Assembly: GCA_030141605.1 (NCBI GenBank) | Contig: JAQGDQ010000119.1 | Span: 305,005 to 369,004, forward strand | DNA length: 64,000 bases | Direction of reading: 5' to 3' | Source of the DNA: Tubiluchus corallicola | Lineage: Eukaryota > Animalia > Priapulida | Shown here: positions 25,742-38,753 of the stretch, in pieces | Layout: the number at the start of each line of letters is the position of its first letter | Numbering within the stretch: position 1 is the stretch's first letter | Made by a program: the position numbers and the translations under genes | The notes under the pieces: generated by a model | Databases searched by the model: none | What the model was told of the DNA's origin: nothing | The model's input: the letters and a program-made list of their open reading frames with translations, nothing else

Positions 25742-26476
25742 GTAAGTTGACGAAGTCAGGTTTTTAATTAAATTAAAATTGGGAAGGTAGGTTGCTGAAC
25801 CATCTGCTTAATTAATGGTGAAATTGGGCAGGTATGCTGGAAACCGGCTACTTAATTAAAAATAAAATTGCGCAGGCACGTTGCCGAAACTCCCTTCTTA
25901 ACTAAAGGTGAAATGGAGTAGGTAATTTTTGACCTGTCTTCACTCAAAATCTAAATGCTATTTTTAGTTTAATCAAGGCACAATTATTCGCAAGGCACAT
26001 TTAACCATTAACTATCGAACCATGATTGCCAAAGTCAGTACGTAATATCGAACTATTAAAAATTTATGTCGTTAATTCTGAGACCATCTAGGACAAAGGG
26101 AGCGCCATCCTCCAATAACCAGGAAACTGCCCTGCGTATGTATCAGCCTATTGCGAGGAAAGGCTTCGTCATTTACCAACTGAGGGCCGTATAGACGCTT
26201 AATAAAAGTTAATGACCAACAGTAAATACGCGCTCAAGATTAAATATCCATAATTTATTTGTTTTTGTTGCAGATTGCTTGTTAAACTCTCCCTTATGCG
26301 TTTGTTTACAACTCATTACCCATACACAATGATGCTGTAATAGCCACATGAGCTGTTACTTTAGTAATCACACGAAAGCTAGAAAAACGTACGCGTCCAG
26401 AAAACATGGAAATTTTATGTGTGAGGAAATAATTGTATAATGAAATAAATAATATTTTAATACCGAAAAACATTAA

Positions 26477-26665
<189 letters not shown>

Positions 26666-26699
26666 TAACCACATTTACACTGCTGTTGTGTCCAGTAAA

Positions 26700-27252
26700 A
26701 ACTGAGCCACCGAAAACCTGCATCCAATAATGAAGCCACCAAGAACCTATGCCTAACAATGAAACCACTAAGCATCTGTACTAAAAAATAAAACTAACAA
26801 GAACTTGTACATAATAGTGAAACCACCAAGAACCTGTACTAAATAATGAAGCCATGAAGAATCTGTACCTAATAATGTAAGCCACAAAGAACTTGTACCT
26901 AAAAATGAAGCCACCAAGCACCTGCACCTAATAATTAAGCAGCAAGAACCTGCACCTAATACTGAAGCAGCAAGAACCTGCACCTAATACTGAAGCACGA
27001 AGAACCTGCACCTAATATTGAAGCACCAAGAACCTGCACCTAATAATTAAGCAGCAAGAACCTGTACCTATTTCTGAAGCATGAAGGACCTGCACCTAAT
27101 AATTAAGTAGCAAGGACCTGCACCTAATAATTAAGGAGCAAGAACCGGCACCTAATACTGAAGCACCAAGAACCTGCACTTAATAATGAAGCCATTATGC
27201 GAAGCCACCAAAGACCTGGTTTAAACAATGGAGCCATCAAGAACCTGTACCG
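26700..27252 (+). repeat. 28-29 bp minisatellite, roughly 19 copies (AAGCAGCAAGAACCTGCACCTAATACTG)
   Basis: GAACCTGCACC at 26946, 26974, 27002 and 27030 (28-bp period), with more diverged copies at the edges. Confidence 0.93.
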
Positions 27253-27328
27253 CCTAATCAGCTAGTTCTGCCATATTCACTCTTAATTGTTTAATTGAAT
27301 CAGGTTTAAGTTCAATTAGATTAATTAA

Positions 27329-27466
<138 letters not shown>

Positions 27467-28091
27467 TAAATAAGAACAGACTGTAAGAATACGTCTGCAA
27501 ATGAACTGCCTCACAGTCCTTTGCTGCAGATCGATAAGGTTAGCAAACTTAATTAATTATTAGTTACGTTTGTGCTAATTATATTGCGCTTGACATGTCA
27601 GTTGGCAGTGGTGGAAATTCAATAGAATGTGTTGTTAATATTAATATGCAATAAATATGAACTGCAGCAGCTCTCTTTACAATGCACATAACTGTAATTA
27701 AATGACCTGGTTGTAGTCTTATCACCTTACCTCATCGTCGTAATTAGGTTGTCCACACAGGTGCAGTTGACTAATTAAATAGCCAAGCGGACGGGCAATT
27801 CTCATTAAGTTTTTTTCCAATCAATGCTAAACGTTAAATGCATATTTTTATGTAAATTACCACACTACAAGTGCAATAGATTTCAACCGGAAATACTCAA
27901 CATTGATACTTGTGGCAAAACTGGACTCAGTGGAACCTGGTTTATCATCAAGGCTAAGTCTCTAAGTTGAGTCACTGCAACAGCAGAAGTGTCTCAGCTT
28001 TGTTCGAATGTATATACGTCTTCCATCTATGAGAAGTCAAATTCAAGAAATGAATTTTGATTGATCAAACATTGCTATTATTCTTTTTTAG

Positions 28092-28128
28092 GTGCTGGAT
28101 GACCCAAATAAAGATCACTTATTTTTAG
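28092..28128 (+). CDS. CAMKK: CaMKK 37-nt exon (VLDDPNKDHLFL)
   Basis: CaMKK signature VLDDP..DHL. Boundaries tttttag / gtaaat. Confidence 0.95.
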
Positions 28129-28355
28129 GTAAATAATTTCGTAACTTTCTGACCCAAGCTACACAGTGAAGTAGTAACATAACTATCACTAAACCCACAT
28201 AAACGCTAGTATGACAACTTTGAAACCAAATAAAGCAAGATTTTGAGTGGCATTGACTTTCGTTGCATATTTCCCAATAGTTTTAAAAATTACCTTCTTT
28301 TCACTCCTAATCAAACAAAATGCAATGTCTGTACTTGTTTATTTTTCTATTTCAG

Positions 28356-28377
28356 TTTTTGAGCTAGTTGAAAAAGG
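28356..28377 (+). CDS. CAMKK: CaMKK 22-nt microexon (VFELVEKG, hinge)
   Basis: Boundaries tttcag / gtaagt. It restores the frame and the VFELV hinge motif. Confidence 0.93.
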
Positions 28378-29063
28378 GTAAGTACACAAAAGTAAAATAT
28401 TACTTTTTCAAAGGATTTTCAGGTGGCACTATTAAACGATGAATTTAAATAAAAGTACAGATGTGTATACAATAATTACTTTACAACACTGTTAAAAATC
28501 TAGGGTAGCAATTAGGACAATGGCTGCATAGATATTATTTACTATTAAGCTGCATATTGAATTGATATCACATTTTACATTAAAATTAGTTATATACTAC
28601 ATGGTGGCACGCAACTTTTTGCTCGGGGGTGCAAAAACTACGAGTAATATGATAGAACAATTTGTTACATCAAGTATTCCTGAAACAACAGAAAATTTGT
28701 CAAACCTCAACAACTAAATATTAGAGAATTGAAGCCTGAGTTCTTAAAGTTGCTCCACGGATCATAACCTTCAAGACTGCAAGTTGTGTAACATGCGCGA
28801 GATTTTCATACTAATTGTCAGGGCATGATAGATTCTGCATTGTTTCAGCAATACCTTAATGAATTGTTCTGCGCTGTTATTCATTCTTTATCGTATCCTC
28901 TGGCAAGGCATTGTGTTACGTCATGAATTTCCACTGACTTGTATTTTGGATATAAATAATGTTCTGTATCCACATGTACATGTAAGACCTGTCTTTTCTG
29001 AATTTAATGCTATTATTGACAGCCTCGATTTACTCATTTACTTGTTTTCACATTTATTTGTAG

Positions 29064-29152
29064 TGCTGTTCTTGAGGTGCCTACAGATGAGCCACTGACT
29101 GAAGCCACCACACGGGACTACTTCCGAGACTTGGTGCTAGGCATAGAATATT
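29064..29152 (+). CDS. CAMKK: CaMKK exon (AVLEVPTDEPLTEATTRDYFRDLVLGIEY)
   Basis: Matches CaMKK VMEVPT..PL.E..AR.YF.DL..GIEY. Boundaries ttgtag / gtaaat. Confidence 0.96.
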
Positions 29153-29479
29153 GTAAATAGAGTTAAATTACTCATGCAAACCATAAACTTACCATTAGTG
29201 GACTGTACTTGTGGGACACGAATACCATAAAAAATAAGTTAAGTCATTGATTAGAAATGTTTCTAACTGCCATGACACAAATACGCTAAAAACTGTGACA
29301 GGGGTGCCACAGTGTGCAGTTCTGAGGCCATTCTTCCCCAAGGTGATAATAAAAATTAATGATGATAAAAATGCTTTTTTATTTACAATAATAGCTAGCC
29401 ATGTAAATTAGAACCGTAACAGTACACACTACATACATAAGTTTTGCTGTAGCATGTACAATAAGACCTATAAAAGTAG

Positions 29480-29647
<168 letters not shown>

Positions 29648-29724
29648 TAATTAACATAAAACAAGAAATCGAAACTTAAAAAAACTTTCAGGAAAAACGT
29701 GATGGCTTTATATCTTTATTATAG

Positions 29725-29821
29725 ATTGCAGATTTTGGTGTTAGCAGTAAATTCGATGTAGATGACATGTTATCAGGATCTGCCGGCACTCCTGCTTTTA
29801 TGGCGCCGGAGACACTCACCG
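29725..29821 (+). CDS. CAMKK: CaMKK exon (IADFGVSSKFDVDDMLSGSAGTPAFMAPETLT)
   Basis: DFG and GTPAFMAPE motifs. Boundaries ttatag / gtaagt. Confidence 0.97.
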
Positions 29822-30592
29822 GTAAGTTAAATAGCTCTGCAAGGAGCTCTGTACTGGGTCCCAATATATGGTGTCTGGCCCAATCTTATATCACCAATGT
29901 AAATAGCATGGCCACAGTCGGAACGAAAACGGTTGCACAATATGCTGTTGTTATTTGTTAATGTTTGCTGCCCTCATAATACTTGTTCTCTACAACAACA
30001 GCTTTTTCTTCATTAAGAATAAAATAATAAACATTAACTCTAACTCCTGATTTACATGTTCAACTGTAATAATCAAGCTAAAGTGCGACAATTCTTTGTC
30101 CTTATAAAGCGCCAAAAAGTCTGTATTAGGTACTACTATGCACTACACTACTCAACCCTAATGTCCTGTATGACATGATTTATATAGGATTATAACTAGA
30201 TGCCCATATTTGTTCCATTACAAAATTAACTCTACACAACACTACTCACAGCTACTAATGCGCTGTGCTCCTCAGTTGAGTATCACATCACATTTTTATT
30301 ATTGCATTACATTTGGCAAAACAACATAAAATGCGTTGAAACACCCAACTATATATTGCACCATGTCCCTAGTCAAGAAACTTGAGTTGTATAGAACTTC
30401 CCACGCAAAATGCGCTGCAAGAACAGATGGTGTTGTTCTTTCAATACAAATTAAAGAGCTCAACAGTAGAAGCTAAATAGCATCAACAAAACTGGATGCC
30501 ACTTTGAGAACAAACAAACATATGAATAACTACTATAACAATGAGACAAAGGTCATTGTTGGTATAAATGAATAGCAAGTTTTTTGTTACAG

Positions 30593-30672
30593 TGAATAAA
30601 CACAAGTACAGCGGAAAAGCACTGGACATATGGGCCATGGGCATCACCTTATTTTCATTAGTAGTTGGTCAG
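30593..30672 (+). CDS. CAMKK: CaMKK exon (NKHKYSGKALDIWAMGITLFSLVVGQ)
   Basis: SGKALD.WAMG.TL, kinase subdomain IX. Boundaries ttacag / gtaagt. Confidence 0.97.
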
Positions 30673-31079
30673 GTAAGTTCAGAGCAATAATTATTAGAAG
30701 ATTCCATTTTTTTAATTAGAGGATAATAATAAATAATGATGACTGAAAATTTAAAGGTTTACCAAAAAAGTTCACAGACTGTAAGGTGTTGATTGTTCCA
30801 AGATGATGTCACATTTTGAGCTACCATGCAGTAACAAAACATTAGAAGACGTAACAAACTAATGAAAATTAAGTCAGTAATTTACTAAAAAAAGTCAATA
30901 ATGTTGGACAGAATGAAATGTGCTGAAGATGTCAAAGCCTATGTAAGATAAATAAGTTTTTTTGTATATGAAAAAAGTACTGAATATGAACAAAATATGA
31001 GCATTGATAGGTAACACTGATAGAGCTAAATGACGAAATTTAGCATCTACAGAAGTTCTCACGAGTACGAACTACTAAA

Positions 31080-31405
31080 GCTCAATTTAGACTAACGGGC
31101 ATCCCACTCGTGACTGAGTGACACTCAGAGTTGCCATTCTTGCATCCCCTGATGAATGTCGTGTCTAGACTATTGAGCGTTCCCAGTGGAAACTAGGGTT
31201 CTGCAACAAACGCAACAAATGCAAAAAACCTGGGCCTTTGATTGGATAAATCTCATTGGGGAAGCATGTCCTCAAAAAATTCCGCAAGCTGAATTTCATT
31301 GGTCATTTTGTCACCTATCATTCATGACTGTTACACTATCGGAAAAGCATGTCACTCAGTCACTTTCAAGACGAATCATCAGGGATGCCAATAGTCTAAA
31401 CGGGC
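31080..31405. mobile_element. MITE (Harbinger-like) in a CaMKK intron
   Basis: TTTAGACTAACGGGCATCCC vs GGGATGCCAATAGTCTAAA, and GTGACTGAGTGACA vs TGTCACTCAGTCAC. Confidence 0.6.
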
Positions 31406-31453
31406 TATAATGCATCTGTTTGGTATCAACCTCTGAAATTGTTTGCCTTTCAG

Positions 31454-31615
31454 GTACCGTTCTTGGACAACTGCCTCATCGCTCTTCATGATAAAATCAT
31501 CCGGCAAGCGCTCGTATTCCCACAAAAGTCTGTGATGAGTGAACCACTCAGGGATCTCATTGTCAAGATGCTCGTGAAAGACCCGACAAAACGAATCACC
31601 CTTAGTGATGTCAAG
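31454..31615 (+). CDS. CAMKK: CaMKK exon (VPFLDNCLIALHDKI...MLVKDPTKRITLSDVK)
   Basis: Kinase subdomains X-XI. Boundaries tttcag / gtgaac, 162 nt. Confidence 0.96.
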
Positions 31616-32405
31616 GTGAACTTCTGCTGTTGCTCATTTAGTTGATCATAAAAATTTGACTACACAAGGTTTAGCTTAATCTAACTGTATGCAGGTTGTA
31701 AAGTATTCTATATACATAGATGCAATCAGTTAGCATGAACAAATAAGCTTACAGTAGATAAACATGTCATTTCTCCAAAATCTTGGGTTAGCTGTCACAT
31801 TTCAATTGACTAGCTGCCAATCATTGCTGCTGCAGTCCCTTGTTTTTATCTATAGTTTACATGAGTAAACAAAAGCACTTATTTCTATGGTAATGGTGCA
31901 ACTATACACCTATAGGCTTGGCAAATGTAGGTGGCCCTTGTCGTGAAGAAGAGTCACTAAGGGCATCAAAGTAATGTATAGGTATGTTTACCAGAACTTT
32001 TGCCAACAAAATTGAAATTACGAAGAAAAATGTTAAAGGCAAGTTTTGAGAATTTAATAACTGATTTTAAAAACTGTGGTGCACTACCGCAAAAATTTAT
32101 CCTTTGAATTATAGAGGTCCTCTGGGTTATTGTGCAAGGACCCCAAAAGTATGCAAAATGGCCCGCCGAGCAGCAAACCTCCCTTTTTGTTCAAATCGTT
32201 CATATTTGGGTTACATGGTAACAAGGTGCTAATAGTAATAAAACAATATGGCAGAGTTTATTTTGCTACTAGTTTTCAGCCTAATTGAGCTACACGAGTC
32301 ACATAAACATATATGGTTGTCACATGGCTGTTTATCATAAAATAAAGCAGCGGCAAGAATCAATTCACACAAAAAGATCAAACCAACATTTTCGTTTTGC
32401 TACAG

Positions 32406-32528
32406 GTTCATCCATGGGTGACAAACAATGGTGCCTTTCCCTTGCCAGAGCAAGAAACTCTTCCTGTTGTTGTGGACGAAAAAGACGTAGAAACTTGCGT
32501 AAAACACATACCCAAGATCGACACGCTG
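32406..32528 (+). CDS. CAMKK: CaMKK exon (VHPWVTNNGAFPLPEQ...VETCVKHIPKIDTL)
   Basis: HPWVT plus the autoinhibitory region VKHIP. Boundaries ctacag / gtaact. Confidence 0.96.
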
Positions 32529-33037
32529 GTAACTAAAATGCAAATGCGGCAGTCTTTTATGGTTATAACCATTTTGTGGTACAATGAGCCCATACAGTAA
32601 CCAACTGGCAAAGATAAAGCTTGAACAAGTATATCCTCAAAGTTAACCATGAGTTTCTTACCATCTTTGGTCCACTCAGTACTACTGTTATTCTATTCCT
32701 ATTCTATAATGTAATGCAATGTAATTAAACCTTAGAATTACAAGAGTTTTTTTAATAAACTTTAAACGTTATCGTTGTTTTAATACACACGTATAGTAAC
32801 ATATCATTATCAAAAACAAAAAAAACATAAAAAGAAAACTAAACTACAAAATGATTACTTTATTTCATTCATACATGTACATGTGTTTAAATGAACATAG
32901 TATTTCAATTAAATGTCGACTAAAAAAACGTAAATTGCATAATATAACTCCATGCGTAGCCTTTTTACATTTCTCAAATGATACAGCACTTAATTACAAT
33001 GAGTTTTGTTGAAAAGATTAATTTAAACATTTTCCAG

Positions 33038-33177
33038 ATTTTGGTGAAGGGGATGTTGCGACAAAAGTCATTCAAACATCCCTACAGAGTGGTAAGGAAA
33101 GAGGATTATTCAAATTCGGGACGATCCAATTCAGCGCCTTGTGCATATCACATGTTCAGAAGTAGAGCCGGAGATAC
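33038..33177 (+). CDS. CAMKK: CaMKK exon: CaM-binding segment ILVKGMLRQKSFKHPY and the RSNSAP motif
   Basis: Homologous to ILVK.M.RKRSFGNPF and RSLSAP of vertebrate CaMKKs. Boundaries ttccag / AC|gtaagg. Confidence 0.92.
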
Positions 33178-34053
33178 GTAAGGATTTATTTATCACTTGA
33201 GGATTGTATGCAAAGTTTCTGAAAACTTTTTTTAACCTTTTTAAATAGATTTACAGAAACAGGCACAGTAACAACTTGAACCTTTATTGTTCACATAAAA
33301 CTGGATCGACAACTAATCCGGAATGTGAAGCACTGCTTTACTTGTTCACTGAATTTTGTTTTGCCAAAGTGCCCAGTTATGTCATTTAAAATTCATTTTT
33401 TGTGAACGTCATTCAGAACGCCATATTATCATGCAATCCATTTTGTTGTAAAAATTTAGAATATAGAGTAATTTTGTTGTGATATCACTATATTAAAAAC
33501 TGATGAAAACTGACGAATGACAGCGAGAGCGAAAATAACAACATCATGGCAAAACAAACCTGCTTATAGAGTTACTTGACAACTAAGCAACCCAAAAGTC
33601 AAATAAGACATGGCCCAACTTTCGCCAACCATTTCTGCACAAAAAAATTCTTAATATAATGTAACATAATGCTTGTGAAGTGATGTGAGTCGGTCAATCT
33701 TGGGAGCTGGAATTGGAAGTATATGACTGATTCCAACTCCATCTTAAAACAATGTAAACAAATAAAAACAAGAAACTTTTTGTCAAATAATCAGAAGCCA
33801 CATTTAACTATTTACAATACTCATGTGTTAAACATAAATACAAAATGGTATCTTTGCTGAAGGATCTTAATATAAAATCCACCGGTTAACGAAATGCCTT
33901 AAAGCGAGAGACAGAATTTCAAAAGTTGGAATCTGTGGGCTTTTGGGACCGACTACACGACACTGAAAATAAACAAATCCATATCACAGTAAAAATTAAA
34001 GCCATCGAATCTCTGAAAAAATTAATTTGCATCATTTGGGTTTGTTATTTTAG

Positions 34054-34105
34054 TGAAAAGAAGCATCTTCCTCAGGTTGCTGAACACAAGTCGACCTTCA
34101 GTTAG
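34054..34105 (+). CDS. CAMKK: CaMKK terminal coding exon (EKKHLPQVAEHKSTFS*)
   Basis: ttattttag acceptor, phase 2 matches the previous exon, TAG at 34103-34105. Confidence 0.75.
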
Positions 34106-36131
34106 ATGGAAAATTGCAGAGGCAACTTCGCATTGTTGAAAGAAGTCACGCTTAACTTTGACCAAATCTTCTCTTTCTTTGGCAAATGTGTGTGAACATC
34201 AGCTTTCAATAGCAACACATTTCTGCTAAAAGAAGCAAAGCCATTGTTAAATAAAACAGGAAAGATATACCTCAAATGTAGCCATACAAAGTCTGATGGA
34301 ACAGAAATGAGCCAACACGGTTGAAAACACACGTGGGCATAATTTTAATGCTTTTACTAGATCTTACTAGAAGCTCTCAAAAGTTATTTTAGCTTTAAAT
34401 CTCCGATATTTATGTGTTTCCTACTATTTCAAGACATCACACGTGCAGCGTGAAATGTGGAAACGATGCATTTTAAACATGATCATAACTTTTCGCAAAA
34501 CATTGTAAAGTTCTACTGCAGAAGATTTTTACATCTTGGCCCACCACAAGCTGATATTCCACACTCGATGGCAAGCCCTTTCTATTATCTCACGTACGTG
34601 TGCAGGCAGCAAACTAGCTAAATTGCAGCCTAGAATAAGAACTAATAGAGGTCCTTCTAACCTTATAAACATTCATCCTAACTATTTTCGTGTAAAAGTA
34701 CGTTTCAAGCTAAAAGAACAAAATAAATAAATACAAAAGAATGAACTTTTGCAGAGAACTCATAGGCAAAAAAAGCAAAATTGTAAGTAACCAACTCATG
34801 AAATTACTCTCTTTCCAAATGTAATTTTATAATACTGCATAGGCCGTTCGCCCACAATGAAGTTGTACAAAGCACTGACTAAAATGGTGCATTGATTGTT
34901 TTTTTTTATGTTTGCCTATTTGTTGGCCTGTAGTTGTTGTAAGCATTGTAATCATCTTCCTTATCATCACCGCAGTAAACATACATCATTGCATCATGTC
35001 TGTCATTAAAATTATAATCATAATCCTATGATCATCATCATCACCACTATCATCAATATCAGCGCTGTACTCATTTCCATTACTTTCCGTTCATAAATAT
35101 TATCATCAATTGTTATACGTAATATTACTGCTTGCTGCATTTTTGTCATTTTAGCATGCATTTTTTACTTACAATTTTAATCCTTGTTACTAAGAATCAT
35201 ACCAGAGTTACTAATGTTTATTTTTATTTAGACATGTTTGTCTTACCATTACTTCACTATAGTTGTTTATACATACTATGTGCATCTGTCAGCCTATCAT
35301 TACAGTACTACTGACCCTAACATTGTCCTTAACATATTCATTATCATCAGTATCATTGCAACAATCATCATCATCATCATTACCATCACTAATATCGCCA
35401 CTATTACCAATATCATAGCTATGCTTATTCTTACGAGATTTTGTTTATACATAATTATGACTGTCTATTTTCGAAAAACTAATTGCCGATATGGCTGTGT
35501 CCTCATGTTCTTTTTTCTCGTCATTTTCTCCTGTTGCTTTTTGCTACATACAACTGCGAATGTTACAGTTCATAAAATTCACTAAAGCTATCTTGTGCTT
35601 AGGTATATACCATACAATTATTTTGTAAGACTTGCAAACTTTTTATAGACAACAGTTTTACAAATATTTTTAAATTTTTATAAGAGGTATCACTAATTAT
35701 CCTTACACATTGCTTAATGATGCTACAGTCGACATATTTAAGTCGCAAGTCGATTCAAATTGTGTACGACGGCTTGCGTACAGTTAGTATTATTAAGTCT
35801 ATGATTAATTCATTTGATAAAAATACCAAATTAAAAAATGTTGTAATATAATATTTTTATTGTTAGTGATAATATTTATGGAGTTTAATAACATGTTTAC
35901 CCAGTGTTTTTACCTTTAAATAAACATTTTTATTATTATTATTTGAATCCGACTAAATTGTCTTGTTATGCAAAAACGGCATTTATATAACGGTGATCAA
36001 TCAGTACCTGGCTTTATTATAAATGTGAAAAGAAACCAGAAGATTTAAATAAATTCTGATAATTTCATTTTCTGTAATAGAGCTAAAAAGACTGTCCAGT
36101 ACTAACCTTTATGATGCAACTTCATTATGTC

Positions 36132-36258
36132 CTATTCATGATGATCTTCACGTGATTTTGCATAAAGATTACTAGGAAACCATGGCGGACGTGTCTTTTC
36201 CATTTCTACTATCCGCTTACCTTTGTAAAATTCCTTATCTTTGTTTTCACCTTCATAT
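36132..36258 (-). CDS. MRPL32: MRPL32 exon 5 (YEGENKDKEFYKGKRIVEMEKTRPPWFPSNLYAKSREDHHE*)
   Basis: Matches the MRPL32 C-terminus Y.GE......GKRIIE....RP.WF. tttgcag acceptor, TAG stop. Confidence 0.93.
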
Positions 36259-37378
36259 CTGCAAACACAGAGTTCTGCAGTTAGGTGAAGCAAAGTTTTT
36301 GCTTGCTATTTAGACTTGCACATATGCATCCTCATGAGATATGACACAGATGGGACTGAATGAGTTTAAAGCAAGAAAGAATGTCAATAGATAAAGAGTA
36401 TACTCATTTAATCTTTAGCTCACATATGAAACACTGATGAGCAACCAAATGAAAGATATATTAAATCTAATTTACAAACTTGTAAGTCAAGATATAAAAT
36501 TTTTCCATAAAGCAATACACTATTGGTAGAACCGTATGCAAAAAATGATTATTAGATTAGTCCTACTCTAGCCTTATGCTGGTAACCATTTATGACCGGC
36601 ATCTACACTATTTAAGCTTGCAATAAATTTCACAAATCATTACTGATCATTTTAATATGACTAACGTACGAGGTACATGCACGATCAAACAATGTTCGAA
36701 TAAATCATAATATGCTGAATTGACTGTTAATCTTAATTGCACATGTGACATATTATAAAAGAAAACTATTATGCTCCTCAGGGGAACCAACCACAATTAG
36801 TGATATCAAGTTTTTTGTAGCCCGTTATAAGATCTTGCGCTATAATGGCTTTATAATATGCCCCACCACCTACCTCCCCTTATACCGATATTGACATGTA
36901 TGAGCTTTTTGTACATTTTATTTTTCCTCCTGCCAAGGACAGGCAACAACATCACTATTGTTAATTATTGGGACACCATCAGTTGATTCTACTGCCATCA
37001 GCGGTGGAGACGGTGGCAGCCCCAATTCGTTGTAATCATTCTCATCAACCCACCCCGCTGATTTCCCCTCTCCACAGTCTTGAAGTTGAAAAGGTGAACA
37101 CGGTTAAAAATATCATGACTAAATCACCTACCTTGCATTATAATGACATTATCTCGTCTCCTGCCACCTACCTACTCTAAACTTGATATCGTTATATGTG
37201 GATGGCTCCTAATATGTAAACAACAAGTTATACAGATTGTAACTAATAAACAAACATCACTCACTTCATCTGCACTGCAGTCTATTCACTATAAAACAAC
37301 TGCAATTTCAGAGTCAAAATTAAATTCCAAATTTCATGCTTTGTAAAACAAGCAAAAATAGAGTAATTTACAACTTAC

Positions 37379-37487
37379 ACTACGACTACTTCCTGGTCGC
37401 AGTGCCTAATTCTATCCTCCCACAGTTCTATTTTCATCTTTTCTCTGATTTCTTCAGTTTCTTTTTGTACTTTTTCATAGCAGTGAC
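37379..37487 (-). CDS. MRPL32: MRPL32 exon 4 (HCYEKVQKETEEIREKMK...EVVV)
   Basis: Conserved CYEKV.KET.EIR. Boundaries ttccag / gtaagt. Confidence 0.95.
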
Positions 37488-38637
37488 CTGGAACAAATGA
37501 AGAGGAATTGTGATTGTCTCTGACAGAGAGCAGCCAAAGTGAAAAACCCACATCCTATTTTTTATAAAAGGCATACAGGATCTTCTCAATATTCTATCTA
37601 CTCTTTGTAGAAGAAGTATTTCTTCTATTTTGTAGAAGACGTAGCGATTCCTTTTATGTAAAACAATAAGAATAATGACTAATTTTGTATATTAGCTAAA
37701 ATTTATCAAAAAAAAACATAGACTCCACACAACTCATTCTTATTAAAATAGTTTTAATTCTTAATTTAATTAAATCTGAATGTGGTAGTAAACGAATGCA
37801 TAAATTAAAATTTGCTACTATTTAGTCAAATCTGACATTACAAACTTTAATGGCATGTCTGAGGTATGAATGTGATGACTTTTGTTGCATTTTCTCAGAT
37901 ATACATGCAATTATAAACCAGGACCTTATATAAAAACAGAAAAATACATAAAAACAAAGTATAGAAATCACTTGTCAAGTACAAGTATACAACACACCTA
38001 ATTTTATCATGACACACATCCTAGAATATTTGGACTAAGAAAAAGTGCCATTGGTAGAATGACATTATTATTCCAAGGAATGTCTAAGCCACTAAATGTA
38101 GTATCTTGTAATAAATAAAACACCAATCCGGAATGTAAATTGATAGGTTTAGATATTTCAACTGCAAGTGAAAATTACGGATGTCTGGTCAACACATATG
38201 CCATACCAGTAAATAAGATGCCACTTTTAATTCTGGGATTTGTGATTGTATTCCACGCAAAACTTTGATTTTTAATAATTTTAAAATGAATGGCTCTTGT
38301 ATTCACCATTATGCTTAATGAACACACAAATCTGGATACAGGTTAGCAGTTTTAGCCAACAATGTGTTATCCACACAATGCAGGTTAGCAGTTTTAGATA
38401 ACGATTTGCCATCTACGCAAGCCTACATAGTAGTGCCATCTATGGTTGAAAAACAACAACTACAATATTTCTGTAAACAGTATAACAGCATTAAACAAAG
38501 TGAAAGCTAACATTTAGGTTAATATGAAATTAAATGGAAAACTTCAACTGTACACCTGCCATATCGTTCACATGCCCTTGTTAGAGTATACCTGCATAAT
38601 AAATGAACAATTACCTAGCAATTCAACAGCAACTTAC

Positions 38638-38753
38638 CGCAAACGGTGCGAGCTTGATGATGATGACCACAGTGAACACAGACGACTATGTCACTTCGAC
38701 TTCGACATAACTTATTCAAGCCCATTCTTCTGCTCATTCGTTTTTCCAGAGAT
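38638..38753 (-). CDS. MRPL32: MRPL32 exon 3 (SLEKRMSRRMG...DIVVCVHCGHHHQARTVC)
   Basis: Zn-ribbon CxxC; the second CxxC (CGHC) spans the next junction. Boundaries ttatag / gtaagt. Confidence 0.95.

Noticed and set aside
35238-35585. Hydrophobic Ile-rich ORF resembling a membrane protein
   Set aside because: It is a translation of degenerate (ATC)n sequence in the probable CaMKK 3' UTR.
36434-36475. CTGATGA...GAAA hammerhead candidate
   Set aside because: Stems I and II do not pair.
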